Positions 1 to 10,520 of a stretch of DNA of 64,000 bases are shown one piece after another. The stretch is from the NCBI GenBank assembly GCA_000934665.2, contig KZ538341.1, positions 1 to 64,000 on the forward strand, read 5' to 3'. Positions within the stretch are counted from its first letter, which is position 1, and every line of letters starts with the position of its first letter. Position numbers and translations under genes: made by a program. This DNA comes from Catajapyx aquilonaris (Eukaryota). Under the pieces are notes generated by a model. It worked only from the letters and a program-made list of their open reading frames with translations, was not told where the DNA came from and ran no database searches.

Positions 1-48
1 CTTCCACGTGTTTGGTTTGCCCTCCTTTCGAAGGACTAAAAGCAGAAA

Positions 49-270
49 ATGGAGAAGCCAGTCGTGCTCGCCAGGGTAAGAACATGGCAGCGGAAAGAGG
101 GACGGTCAAAGAACCAGGGGGAAAAACAACAACATGTGGTTTAGAGCCCATAAGTTGTCCAGGAACAAAGCCTGGAATGTTCACAGAATGAAAATGGAAT
201 GCACCAAATGAAAAGCATCTAGAATAATAATTGTATAACGTACTGTGTATTTTTCGATACAAGAACAAGC

Positions 271-322
<52 letters not shown>

Positions 323-535
323 TCCCAGGGTTATGAGCTTGTATTAATGAATGGTTTGTTGCAGGTGATTAAGATATTGGGTCGCACGGGGTCGCAGGGC
401 CAGTGCACCCAGGTGAAGGTGGAGTTCATTGGAGACCAGAACCGACAGATCATCCGCAACGTGAAGGGGCCTGTGAGGGAAGGGGATATCCTCACGCTGC
501 TCGAGTCCGAGCGTGAAGCAAGAAGGCTTAGGTGA
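49..535 (+). CDS. RPS28: 40S ribosomal protein S28 (eS28); coding exons 49-75 and 365-535; 65 aa
   Basis: ATG at 49 gives MEKPVVLAR, then GTAAG donor at 76 and TTGCAG acceptor ending 364. Exon 2 gives [59 protein letters not shown], the canonical eS28 sequence. Pyrimidine-rich (TOP-like) sequence lies just upstream at 20-29. Confidence 0.98.
271..322 (+). repeat. (TAA)n microsatellite in RPS28 intron 1
   Basis: About 17 perfect TAA units seen directly. Confidence 0.97.
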
Positions 536-542
536 TTTGGAG

Positions 543-1095
543 GTGAGCATCGTCGCAAGGGGTCTACAGGGGTTTAATTTGGAAGCATAATCAGTGCGTT
601 TTGCAAAAGAAAATTGGTAAAAGATATTGATTGAAAACGGATAAGAAAAATGGTTATTTAAAGGAGTTGCCACAATTGTGATCATAACTGGCAAATATTG
701 TGAAGATACTGATTGTAAGTGTCAAGAAAAATATTGTAAAAATACTGACTGACAAATGTAGTAAAAGTGAGTAAAAGTACTGATTATAACTGACATTGCA
801 AAATTGTGATGAAGGTGCGTTTACATGTGAGCGATTTGATGAGCGAAGCAAAGGGAAGTCATCGCAAAGTAACCAATATTGTTTGAGGCGAAAATCGCTT
901 GTTAATTCCAGCCTCGGCAACGATTTCGCTTGCCAAATCACTCGCATGTAAATGCCCCGTTATGAACTGTTGTTGCTACACGTGCTAATTATTAATTAGA
1001 GGAAAGTGTGACTTATGAACGCTGTGTTGTGTTTCAGGTGCAGTCTGGATCATCGCTGCCCTTAATATGTGAAAATAAAGCATTTTGTAAGGGAG
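543..1095 (+). other. RPS28: RPS28 3'-UTR intron (543-1037) and non-coding last exon (from 1038) with poly(A) signal AATAAA at 1074-1079
   Basis: GAG|GTGAGC donor 7 nt after the stop; TGTGTTGTGTTTCAG acceptor; AATAAA 36 nt into the exon. A non-coding last exon is known for RPS28 in other animals. Confidence 0.75.
813..959. mobile_element. PIF/Harbinger-like (Tourist-type) MITE in the RPS28 3'-UTR intron
   Basis: Imperfect ~25-bp terminal inverted repeats GGTGCGTTTACATGTGAGCGATTTG / CAAATCACTCGCATGTAAATGCCCC, flanked by TGA and TTA (TNA-type target). No coding capacity. Confidence 0.6.
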
Positions 1096-1398
1096 CATTT
1101 GCTTCATTTTTTAAAACTACATCGTAGTTCCCCTCATTTTTTTCCCCCATCATTACAGTGCAGATAGTCTAAAACGAAATTCAGCTGCCGTCACGTTGCT
1201 TTCCTTTCAGAACAACGGAAAACATGCTACAAAGTGTACTCAAGCGTTTGTAAGGAGAGAGTGTTGTTACATTTATTGCTCATTCAGCAAAGGGTTGTCA
1301 TAAAAATAGTGTTAGCAAAAAAGTATGAAGTTTAGGTCAAGGTTTAGGTTGATTTGTAAGTAAGTTCCTGTTGGCATCGTAGAAGTCGTTACGGCTTG

Positions 1399-1672
1399 AA
1401 TTACACCATGCTGGTACAAGCACGTTCATGGACTATTTTTGCTTGTTAAAAACGCAACGGTGTTCTTTCAATCAGGTGTGCATAGTACTTATTCTGTGGA
1501 AAAAAAATCATTACACCTTGAAATAATTACACCATGCTAAACTACAACCAGGATCATAAACTATTTTTCATGATTTTTAATCATTAAGTGCTTGTTAAAA
1601 AACGTAAGTACCGTCACAATGCATTATACTTATTCCCTGAAAAAAATATTCTCATTATTTGTTACACATTGA
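1399..1672 (+). repeat. Diverged tandem duplication (~126-145 bp x2)
   Basis: AATTACACCATGCT...CTATTTTT...GCTTGTTAAAAA...TACTTATTC...TTACAC appears from 1399 and again from 1525. Confidence 0.7.
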
Positions 1673-1821
1673 GAGAAAAACCTGTTAAAGAGTAATTTCA
1701 AAATGTACACAGAAAAAGTACACAATAATAATTAACTAATAATGTCTTGCTATGTACTGTACAATGAGGTCAAGGACTATGCATGACAATGATTATCAAG
1801 ATTATTATTAAGATAATGATG

Positions 1822-1823
<2 letters not shown>

Positions 1824-1855
<32 letters not shown>

Positions 1856-2006
1856 GATACCCCGTGATAGACCCCTTGGGCCTCTTAGGGGATCATCTTT
1901 TGAATAACCGATTTTAATCATTTGCCTGTAGGCCTAATGTGATGGATTTTGATAGTGGGAGGAAACGGGAGAACCCCGAGAAAACCCACGCGAACACGGA
2001 GAGAAC
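1824..2006 (-). mobile_element. 5'-truncated SINE with V-domain-like conserved core and (TTA)n tail
   Basis: Minus strand 2006-1955 reads GTTCTCTCCGTGTTCGCGTGGGTTTTCTCGGGGTTCTCCCGTTTCCTCCCAC, which resembles the conserved central domain of V-/Meta-type SINEs as I recall it. It is followed by ~100 nt of tail and a (TTA)n microsatellite at 1824-1853. Confidence 0.7.
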
Positions 2007-2007
2007 C

Positions 2008-2200
2008 TAATGATGGTTATTATTATTAAGCTGATGATTATTATTGAGTTGCTGCTGGTGATGATGATGATTATTAACAAGTTGCTGCTGGTGATGATGA
2101 TGATTATTAACAAGTTGCTGATGATGATTATCAAGATGATGATGATTATCAAGTTGATGATTATTATGATTATGAAGAAGAAGAAGATGATGATTCATTA
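2008..2200. repeat. Low-complexity (ATG/ATT)n trinucleotide region with an internal 33-bp duplication
   Basis: GTTGCTGCTGGTGATGATGATGATTATTAACAA repeated; explains the spurious low-complexity ORFs on both strands. Confidence 0.85.
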
Positions 2201-2527
2201 ATTCGTGTTTGGTTACAAAAAAAAATGTTTCATCCTGTGAGCAGGGCCATCCTGCATTCCAGACGTGTGTGTTGGGTTGCCTTCTCCCTCAGGATAAAGG
2301 GTAGTTCCCTCGGGAGGATCGACCTTCCCTGTGTGAACTACCAGGATCGCCTGAAAAGCTCAACGTCAGTGGGAATTCCCCCGCCTCTTCGTTTCCCCCC
2401 CCACCCCTCACGACGTCGACGTCGTCGACGACGACGACGACTCACCGTCCCTGACCTCATTTCCAGACGAGGCAGCCCCATTCAATGGACGAGCCAAGAG
2501 TCTGCAGCTGCAGCCTTTCATTATAAC

Positions 2528-4117
2528 ATGGGAGCCTCATCCCTCCTGGCCTGCCTTTGCACCATCCTCACCGTCACTGCCACTCACGTACAAACTGCAA
2601 CAGGTACCTGTACATAACCTCGCAATAAGTATAGGGTGTAATAACCTATTTTAATGACATTGTAGGTAGAATGTTGTGCGAAGGCTTGGGGAACACGGAG
2701 GACAACTCCACCACACAGCGACTCAACATCTACGAGTGTCCTGGCTCCAGCGACCCTCCAGAGCTGCTGGAGTGCTGCGGAGATGGGGCCAGTTGCTGCG
2801 CCCCTAGCGCTCCACCCGTTGCCCTGCCACCAGAGTAATTAACTCAGCCTCATTAGGAATTAGTTAATAATATAATACTAGCCCAATCTGATTGAGGTTA
2901 ATGAAACATAATCTTATCTAGCCGAACATGACCGAATCTAGTCGAACATGACCTAATCCAGCTGATCATGACCTAATCTAATCGCATGTGACGTAATCTA
3001 ATCAAACATGACGTTATTTGAACATAACTCATCATGACCTTATCTAGCCAAACATAACATTACCTAATCTAATAGAATATGACCTAACATGATGTTATCT
3101 AATTGAACATGACCTAATATAATCGATCATGACCTAACGTGACCTGATCTACTTGAAGGTGACCTTATCTACTTGAATGTGACCTAACATGGCCGTTTCT
3201 AGCCAAACATGACCTAATCGAACTAAACATGACCTAATCTAATCACATATGTGACCTAATCTAATCGAACATGACCTAACATGACTTTATCTAAACATAA
3301 CTTATCATGACCTTATCTAGCCAAACATAATGTGACCTTATCAAGTTGAACGTGACCTATGACCTTTTCTAGTTGAATGTGACCTAACATAACCTTTTCT
3401 AGCTAAACATAACTTAATCTAGTCTAACATGACCTAATCAAGCTGAACATGAACTAACATGATATAATCCAACTTAACTTAAACTAGCATGACCTAATCA
3501 AGCCAAACTTGACCTAACATGACCTTTTCTAGTCTAACATGATATAATCCAACTTAACTTAAACTAGCATGGCCTAATCTAGCCAAACTTGACCTAACAT
3601 GACCTTTTCTAGTCTAACATGGCCTAATCCAGCTGAACATGACCTAACATGATCTAATCCACCTTAACATAAAATAGCATGACCTATTATAGCTGAACAT
3701 AACCTTACATCACTTAACGTAGCATAAACTGACCTGGTCTAACTGATCAATAGTTTGGTTTGCTTGTTAATTCACGCCGTAACCTTTCTGTGTTCTTCCA
3801 GGCTCCTCATGATGATATCGATATCGGTGATAGCCACCTGCCTAGTGTTCAGCCTGATTGTTGTCGTTTGCTGCTTCTGCAGTCGTTGCCCACTCTACAA
3901 CACTTGCAGGGTCAGGTACACGCAGGAGGACATCATCGCTTACGGTTCGAGACTTTATGTCCAAAAGTTGTAATGCAAGTGAACTTTATTTATTAATTAA
4001 TAAGTATTATTTATTGTAGGCAAAACTGATGAGACTCTGACCATGATGCCTCCCGAGGAAAAAGAAGGTCAGAATCACTACTCGCCTGTCAAGATCAGAA
4101 TGAAAGAAGACGTATGA
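2528..4117 (+). CDS. Uncharacterised type I single-pass membrane protein with Cys-rich ectodomain (Shisa-like / WBP1-VOPP1-type architecture); exons 2528-2603, 2666-2834, 3802-3944, 4020-4117; 161 aa
   Basis: All three introns are GT-AG with matching phases (76+169+143+98 = 486 nt, stop at 4115-4117). The protein has a signal peptide (MGASSLLACLCTILTVTATHVQTA), an ectodomain with six Cys (C..YECPGSSDPPELLECCGDGASCC), a TM helix (LLMMISISVIATCLVFSLIVVV), a juxtamembrane CCFCSRCPLYNTC motif and a short tail ending KIRMKEDV. Confidence 0.85.
2905..3745. repeat. Degenerate minisatellite of 5/10/20-bp units (AACAT-GACCT-AATCT-AGCCG) with an 80-bp higher-order duplication
   Basis: Fills most of intron 2 of the Shisa-like gene. 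Segments 3461-3540 and 3541-3620 are near-identical. Confidence 0.92.
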
Positions 4118-5335
4118 GATCATTGTCTCGTTTATTTATAGTACAGAGTGTCTCATACACATTTTGTAGAAAGGACATACCATTTTTTTTTCTTTTTGGA
4201 ATTGAATGACTCCCTTATTTATTGTGAATATTTAATCCTATTTAAACTGTGGAAGTCATCGTTGGTTAGTCACTTTCTACAAGACAGTGAGACGCTCTGC
4301 GATTTAATACTCTTATTATTTTACAAAATTATGGTGAAGCAAAGGAAGAAAAAAAAAAAAAAAACGATCCACTTGCATTACATAAGTGTCTGTGATATTA
4401 TAATATTGCTTATTTATCTTCCACTTAAACACTTTTGTCATGTCGGGTTGTGGTTTTTTTTTTTAAAAAGAAACTCATGAATTTATTTAGTGATATTTAA
4501 CGTGGTACTTAAGCCGTTTCCGTTTGTGAATCTCGACCCAGTATTATTTGAGCAGCTTTAAACTTGTGGGCAGCGAAAATGCTAATTGAATAAATTGACT
4601 GATTTTAATTAACTGTTCCTGCTTCCATCTTGTGCTAGTGACCAATTTAAAAAAAACAACTTGTAAGCATAGAAATTAGTGTAAATTATTAAACGAGTGT
4701 GCAAATTAATGCTCAGAAGTTTTCACTTATGATTGGTGTTTGCACATTTGTCTTTTATTTATTTCGACACATGGTCGATGCAATTTGAAGTGAAAAAAAG
4801 TACGTGAGGAAAACTAGTGCTTGATGCTGTTTAATCAAAAAAAAAGAAGAAGAAAAAGTCGCAGACTGAAGAATATTATGCACCGTACGTATGCAATGAT
4901 GCTGTCCAATTGTGTGTGATGAGTAATATTTATTTTCTGCATTTATTGTTCCCCCGGTTTTTGCGTATGTGCAACCATGTATGACCATGCGGAGAGAATC
5001 AAGATTGTACTTAACGCTCTTTAATGTCACAAGCGATATTAACTTTCTCGATTCAACTCGGCAAGTTTGGTCCAGCTTTAAAATTGCATTTGGTCATTTT
5101 CCCCGGTGTTTTGTAAAGGAATTATGAAAATGTGGCTTCCATTTGGTCCGATCTCGTATTTTGCGGTGTTGTGATGAAATTGTCGATGGTTACGCTCAGT
5201 TTATGTACACTATGCAATGGATATTAAACATATTATCAAAACGGTTGTCTCTTTATTACTTTTGGAATGGGTAGGAAACAATACAAGTAATTTTTAAAAA
5301 TCACAGTTTTAAGTGTTACGAACAATTGGGCAATT

Positions 5336-6256
5336 TCACTTCTTTGCAGATTTCTTCGGCTTTCCTCCGGCTTTCTTCTTCTTTTCCTGCGAAGCGTACT
5401 TTGCGGCCAGAGAGTCTAAAAAGCTGTCCGCTTGTTCAGCCCTCTCTGAATGCCGCTTCTGAATCATCGCAGCAAGGTCGCCTCCAGAATTGATATTGAG
5501 TTCTTTGGCCAATGCTTCGGCTTCCTTCGCTTCATTCTTCGCTCTCTTTGCACGCTTGCTCTTCTTCACCTTGCTCTCCTGCACGAAAGCATCGAATTCA
5601 GGCACCTCCTCATCGTCGATCAGACCTGTAATAGCGTATTAGCAAAAATGCATCAACGTAAATAGTGGTAAACTTGCCTTGAATGATCTTCCTGAATCGC
5701 TGCTCGTCCTCGTATCTGGCGCACAACACATTGTTCAAAATGTAATCCATGTCGCCCTCTCCATCCACGTATGACTGCTTCAGGTCCTGCAGTTCTTCAT
5801 CCGATTCCCTGTATTTATTTTCAAAGTCCTCGATGTCCTTCAGATTCATCTTGGGAAAAGCACAGCGCCAAACGCTAGCCCAGTCCTTATCTTCAAACAC
5901 CTCGTCCTCCTCGTCGACCACTCCGGTCTCATCATAGGCTGCCCGCTTCTCCGCATCCGACAGAATCGTGTAGACCTTTCCGAGGACCTTGAACTTCTCG
6001 GTGGCCAACTCCTTTTCCTCTGAACCGACACGGTCCGGATGCACCTCCAAGGATCGCTTACGGTATGCCCTCTTCACTGCAACCATACAAACGCAAAGCA
6101 TGCACATCTGAAAAAAGGGGGCGCACATCCTTCAGCACCATGCATAGGCAACGTTAGCTCACCTTCGTTATCGGTCGCAGTTTTGCTCACTTTAAGCACA
6201 TCGTACAGGTTGTTTGCATCAAAGTACTCCTCGCACGAATCAAGAAAGTTCGGCAT
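5336..6256 (-). CDS. DNAJC9: DnaJ homolog subfamily C member 9 (J-domain histone H3-H4 co-chaperone); exons 6256-6163, 6076-5678, 5625-5336; 260 aa
   Basis: J domain (LYDVLKVSKTA..VKRAYRKRSLEVHPDRV..ATEKFKVLGKVYTILSD.EKRAAYDETG), the DNAJC9-typical middle region (IEDFENKYRESDEELQDLKQSY..GEGDMDYI) and C-terminus (EAKEAE..LAAMIQKR..SFLDSLAAKY + Lys-rich tail). Exon lengths 94+399+290 = 783 nt stay in frame; intron 2 is GC-AG. A minus-strand AATAAA lies at 5252-5257. Confidence 0.95.
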
Positions 6257-6269
6257 CTTCAGGTTGTAT

Positions 6270-7091
6270 CTAGAATTTACAAGCAATTACAGTCAGTACT
6301 TGTACAAATCGAACGCAACACAACAAAAAATTAGTCACGTTCAGTAAATTCGAACAAATCCAACAGCAAGTAATTCAGTGCACTGTAAATAAAATGGATC
6401 GCAACTAAAATAATTCCTTCTGGTCAGCAAGTTTGAACAAAATCTAATTAGTGTACAATTGTACAAATCGAATGGAACACACCAAAAAATTAGTACCATT
6501 CAGTACATTCGAATCAAGTCGAATTGGTCTACAATAAGTTAATTAATTCAGTAAATTCTTACAAACCGAATGGAACACACCAAAAATTTGCTGGATTCGT
6601 TCAATTTGAACAATTAGTCTTAAAATAATTTAAGCAGTTGCATTAAATTCTTACTAATCAAACGGAAGGCATCAAAGATTAGTTGCATTCGTTCAATTCG
6701 AACAATTAGGCCACAGCAAGTACCCGTAATTAAAGCAGTTACATTTAGAAAATTAGAACCATTTCATTTAGTCGACAATTAAAGCAGTTGGAACAAATCG
6801 AATGGAACAACAACAAAAAAAAAAATCAGTTCAATTTAACAGTAAATTCCAACCATTCCAATTTAAGTAATTAAAATGCAGTTCTATTCACTAAATTAGA
6901 ACAATTCCAATTAATCTACAATTAATTAAAGCAGGTAATTCTTACAAAATCGAATGGAACACACCAAAAATCATTTAAAATTATTACAAATCGAACACGA
7001 TCAAATCAAACAGCTTAAATTTGGATATTTGAACTGCTCAGCTTGCAACCAGTCCTAATGTGCAATTGCGACGATTGCGACATGACCTTAC
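6270..7091 (-). other. DNAJC9: Probable DNAJC9 5'-UTR intron filled with degenerate AT-rich repeats; upstream non-coding exon from 7092
   Basis: Minus-strand donor CAG|GTAAGG at 7091 and acceptor TTCTAG at 6270, 13 nt before the ATG. The motif TACAAATCGAATGGAACACACCAAAAA recurs near 6303, 6462, 6560, 6793 and 6943. Confidence 0.6.
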
Positions 7092-7099
7092 CTGTGTAC

Positions 7100-8111
7100 A
7101 AAAATATATATACGGTTAAATTACGCTTGTAAAAAATGCGTCAACCCAAAAAAAGAGAGAGAGAGAGAGATTCTTCCGGACCGAACAATCGAACACAAAA
7201 TGAGCTCGAACGTTTTCCGGGCGCGTTATTTTAACATCTGTCCCACACAGTGTTGCCAACATGTCATATCCTGGCACACATTGGTTACATTGGTTGTAGT
7301 ACAAATACCATAATTGTGTTTGCAATAATTATGATAATTAGATGTGAATGTTAAATTTTTAATTGGGAACGATTTGCGAATTTTGGAATGTCGGACATGT
7401 TGGTACAGTCAGTTCGCTGATAGGCTTTTAATCAGCGACCAATCAGCTGTTAGGACCGGGATTCAGCTCGGAATTAATTTAACGCTAAATTTGGTGCAAT
7501 TTGTTTATTAATAATTTTATAACTGATCAGCGTGCGGAAATAATATTTGGTTACTTAGGAAGTTTATATGATCCAGCCGAATTGGAGCGACCAATCGTAT
7601 GGGAAGTACGAGGCATTGCACATGCGCATTGTGTATGGGGGATTGAACGTGTGAACGTCAATCGGCCGCCATCTTACAGCTCGTGTTTATTCAGTGTTAC
7701 TATTGGCTGGCACTTTCAGATCCATCCAATCGCGTTCAACTTTCCTGGCTTCAACAGGCTTGATACGCATGCGCAGTCCGCATTACTATTCCCCCACCCC
7801 CCCCCCCNTTAATTATTAATTAATTAATTAAACCCCTGCATTCTTTTAATTCCCCTCTAGTGGTGCCGAGGACAGGGGGATTAAAAAAAAAAACCGGGTT
7901 CGAAAAAGAAGAAGAAAAAAAAAGTGCGTGGTTTTTAGTTGGGTGGGTCACCACCACCACAACCCCTCCTTATTATTACATATTTAAAATAATAATAATA
8001 ATATTTAAACAAAAAAAAAAGTATTGAGTGGAAAAGTGGGACTGGCAAGTTTTTGGGGGGGCGGGAGAGGAGGAAGAAGGAAACCTAGGGCTGGACTCAT
8101 TGAAAGTAAGC
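7100..8111. promoter_or_regulatory. Probable bidirectional promoter (DNAJC9 leftward; unknown + strand transcript rightward, candidate first-exon donor at 8106)
   Basis: CCAAT boxes (7439, 7591, ATTGG at 7581), NRF1/Ewg-like GCATGCGCA/ACATGCGCA (7617-7628, 7765-7775), YY1/Pho-like GCCGCCATCTT (7665-7675), local CpG enrichment, and AAA|GTAAGC donor at 8106. Confidence 0.5.
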
Positions 8112-10439
8112 AATTGAATTTTTGATGTGTATGTGTGGAACGTTTTAGATGGAACTGGACCTGGTCTGGAACCAGCTCACTTTTTGGTTTAACTGCTGCT
8201 AACTTTTACGTAAACATGTAGCGACCATGTCCAGTTGTGTGTTGCTTACGTAGTAGTTGCATGTACTTGTTGTCTTAAGCTTGCGAGTATGACCTGCCAG
8301 TCTTGCGTATTAATGGGTACGACAAGCAGGCCAAGAGTGTCACAGCCGGTGACGGTTAAAATAAATCTGGGACGTACAGGTGCAAGCCAAATGTGCCAAA
8401 AAATGCGGAAAGACACACAACATACGTGAAGCACATTGAAATGTATTATTCAGTACGATAACAGCTGCATTGTTACGTGTATTACGAGCAGGCAGTGTAA
8501 GTTTGTGATAAATTTTATGGCATTTCCTTCTGTAAGTTTGGAACCAATATTGTGTACCTCGTAAAATGTAAGTTGTCCGCATCTGTTTCATTGTATAGCG
8601 ACATATTAGTTGCTAGGAAATTCTTTTTGCTTTATTACCAGACGCTAGCAATAGCCTTATCGTTAGATAAGAAAAAAGGCAATAACTTTGAAAGACATAT
8701 TTTGCTTTTCAGGCTTTGCACACTTAGAAAGGAGTGGTGATGTTTTGCGATAAACTGAGACTTGTAATCTGCTTATCGATACCGTTCAATGAGGGGGGCG
8801 TATACACTGATTTAGGTACACATTGGCCTTTGAAAATGGTATATCCGGGACCGGTTTTCATGGGTCAACTTGTGCATTTGTGTATGTGCGTCCAGGCTCA
8901 TGAAGCAATGCCTTAAAAATGTGACAGATACTGACACTTATCGCTGCGGTTTATTTATTGAAGTTCTTTGCACATAGTGAATGTTGACAATTTTTAGATA
9001 TCCAATATCAATTTGGAAGGTTGTGTTTACTACTGTACAGTTCTTTTTTCACGACTAGTTAGAATCACATGTCACTTTTTAATTATTATTTTTTAAAATG
9101 TAGGCTAACAGCATCTCATGCCGGAGAAGCTTAACTTTTCCTTCATTCGCATTTGACACACATGGGCTAACATCACAGGGGGGTGTAAAATTCGATTAGG
9201 CATTTCCAGTCAGCAGCAACAATTTCGTTAGCGTTACGCAGACCCACCTTAAAATTGTGTCCCGAACAATCTGCATACATGATTGTGGCCAAGTGCCACA
9301 ATGTTGTGGCAGGTTGCCAGGGATATGTGCAGCCCAGAGAGAGGGAATGCCAACTCATCTGTGCAAGCAGGATCAACCCAAAAAATGCCTAATGGGATTC
9401 AAATCCAACATTGCAGAATGGCTTAGCAACATCGTTTCAGATCAAGTGTAACAGTCATTTTTTTTTGCAGTCCGGATTTATTGTTGCGCTTATTAAAAAA
9501 TCAGATCCTGATTGCACTTTTTTTCTCTGGCTGTTTTGTCCTAATGTGTTGTTTAATACGTCATGTGGTAGATAAAGTGGAGTGGTTGGAATTTACCTAG
9601 GCAATCTATATGCAAATGTTAGTGCGGATTCAGGCCAATGCTGAGCTGCATTTGGGTCACTGACCATGAGCATGAACTGGACGTGCAATTCAATGCATGA
9701 CATTTTGCGGATAGGTTTGTGCCGCAAAAATTTAAAAAAATCCTGTCATGAAATATGATTCAATTTGGTTCTGTGTTTCTACTGCATCAATGGACCATGT
9801 TGCTTGTATAAACCGGTTGAACGGCATTGAATTGTTTCATCATTTCAGCTACAAAACAGCTAAAAAAAATTAGAGCCAATTTTGGCCCACAACCGGCACT
9901 GATACATGTGTAATGCAATCTGATCACTTGTTTTAAATTGGCAGGAAAAGGGTCAGATCAGATTTCATCAACTCAGAGCAATTGTCCCACTCAGGGCATC
10001 CGCTTGATGAGAATGAATTTATGGACAATAGACATTAATTCCTATTAATGGAATGTTTTCTATCCGGTGCTGTGTTCACAAGAGTGAGATGGGGGGAGGG
10101 GGGAGAGCGTAACTGACCTTGTATGCAATTATATTCGTAAGACATTAAAATTAACCCCAATTTAAGAGGCCGTAATCTAAGTGGCGGCAATGCGACAGCT
10201 GGAGGAGCTATTGCTCGCTAGGTTATTATTCTCAACCGTATGTTACAGTGTGTTCCAATTGAGATGTCCGTTGCACTTAGTTTTGTTTTTTTCAGAGTTA
10301 CATGTTTAGTATTGAAGCACTAGCGACTAATATTAGGTTTGAATCTTTCAGCTTTTAATTTAAATTAATATCTGAGCTCAACGGTTTGTGCACTTGAAGT
10401 CAATAGTTGAACCTTCTATTTCAGGCTGTACATCCATAT

Positions 10440-10520
10440 ACTCTGAAGTCTGGATACATAGGTAATAATATTGCCTATTTATAGGTAATATTTATTACCT
10501 ATGTATCCAGACTGTAGAGT
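10440..10520. repeat. Near-perfect 81-bp palindrome/hairpin
   Basis: ACTCTGAAGTCTGGATACATAGGTAATAATATTGCCTAT pairs with ATAGGTAATATTTATTACCTATGTATCCAGACTGTAGAGT, with 2 mismatches, 1 bulge and 1 G-U. Confidence 0.9.

Noticed and set aside
245..364. Poly-Asn N-terminal extension of RPS28 in the ORF track
   Set aside because: It is intron 1 read through a (TAA)n microsatellite. The real N-terminus is the exon at 49-75.
806..900. Possible C/D box snoRNA in the RPS28 intron
   Set aside because: The box C-like motif has no CTGA box D at a suitable distance. The region is better explained by a MITE.
2225..2527. In-frame upstream ATG giving a 101-aa poly-Arg extension to the Shisa-like protein
   Set aside because: The extension runs through promoter-like low-complexity (CGA/CGT)n DNA and would bury the signal peptide starting at 2528. 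Not excluded, but unsupported.
2905..3745. CRISPR-like array
   Set aside because: These are contiguous degenerate tandem units without unique spacers, in a eukaryotic intron with no cas genes.
4115..4126. 12-nt match to the 5' part of bantam miRNA (TGAGATCATTGT)
   Set aside because: It overlaps the gene's stop codon, the match ends after 12 nt, and there is no precursor-length hairpin.
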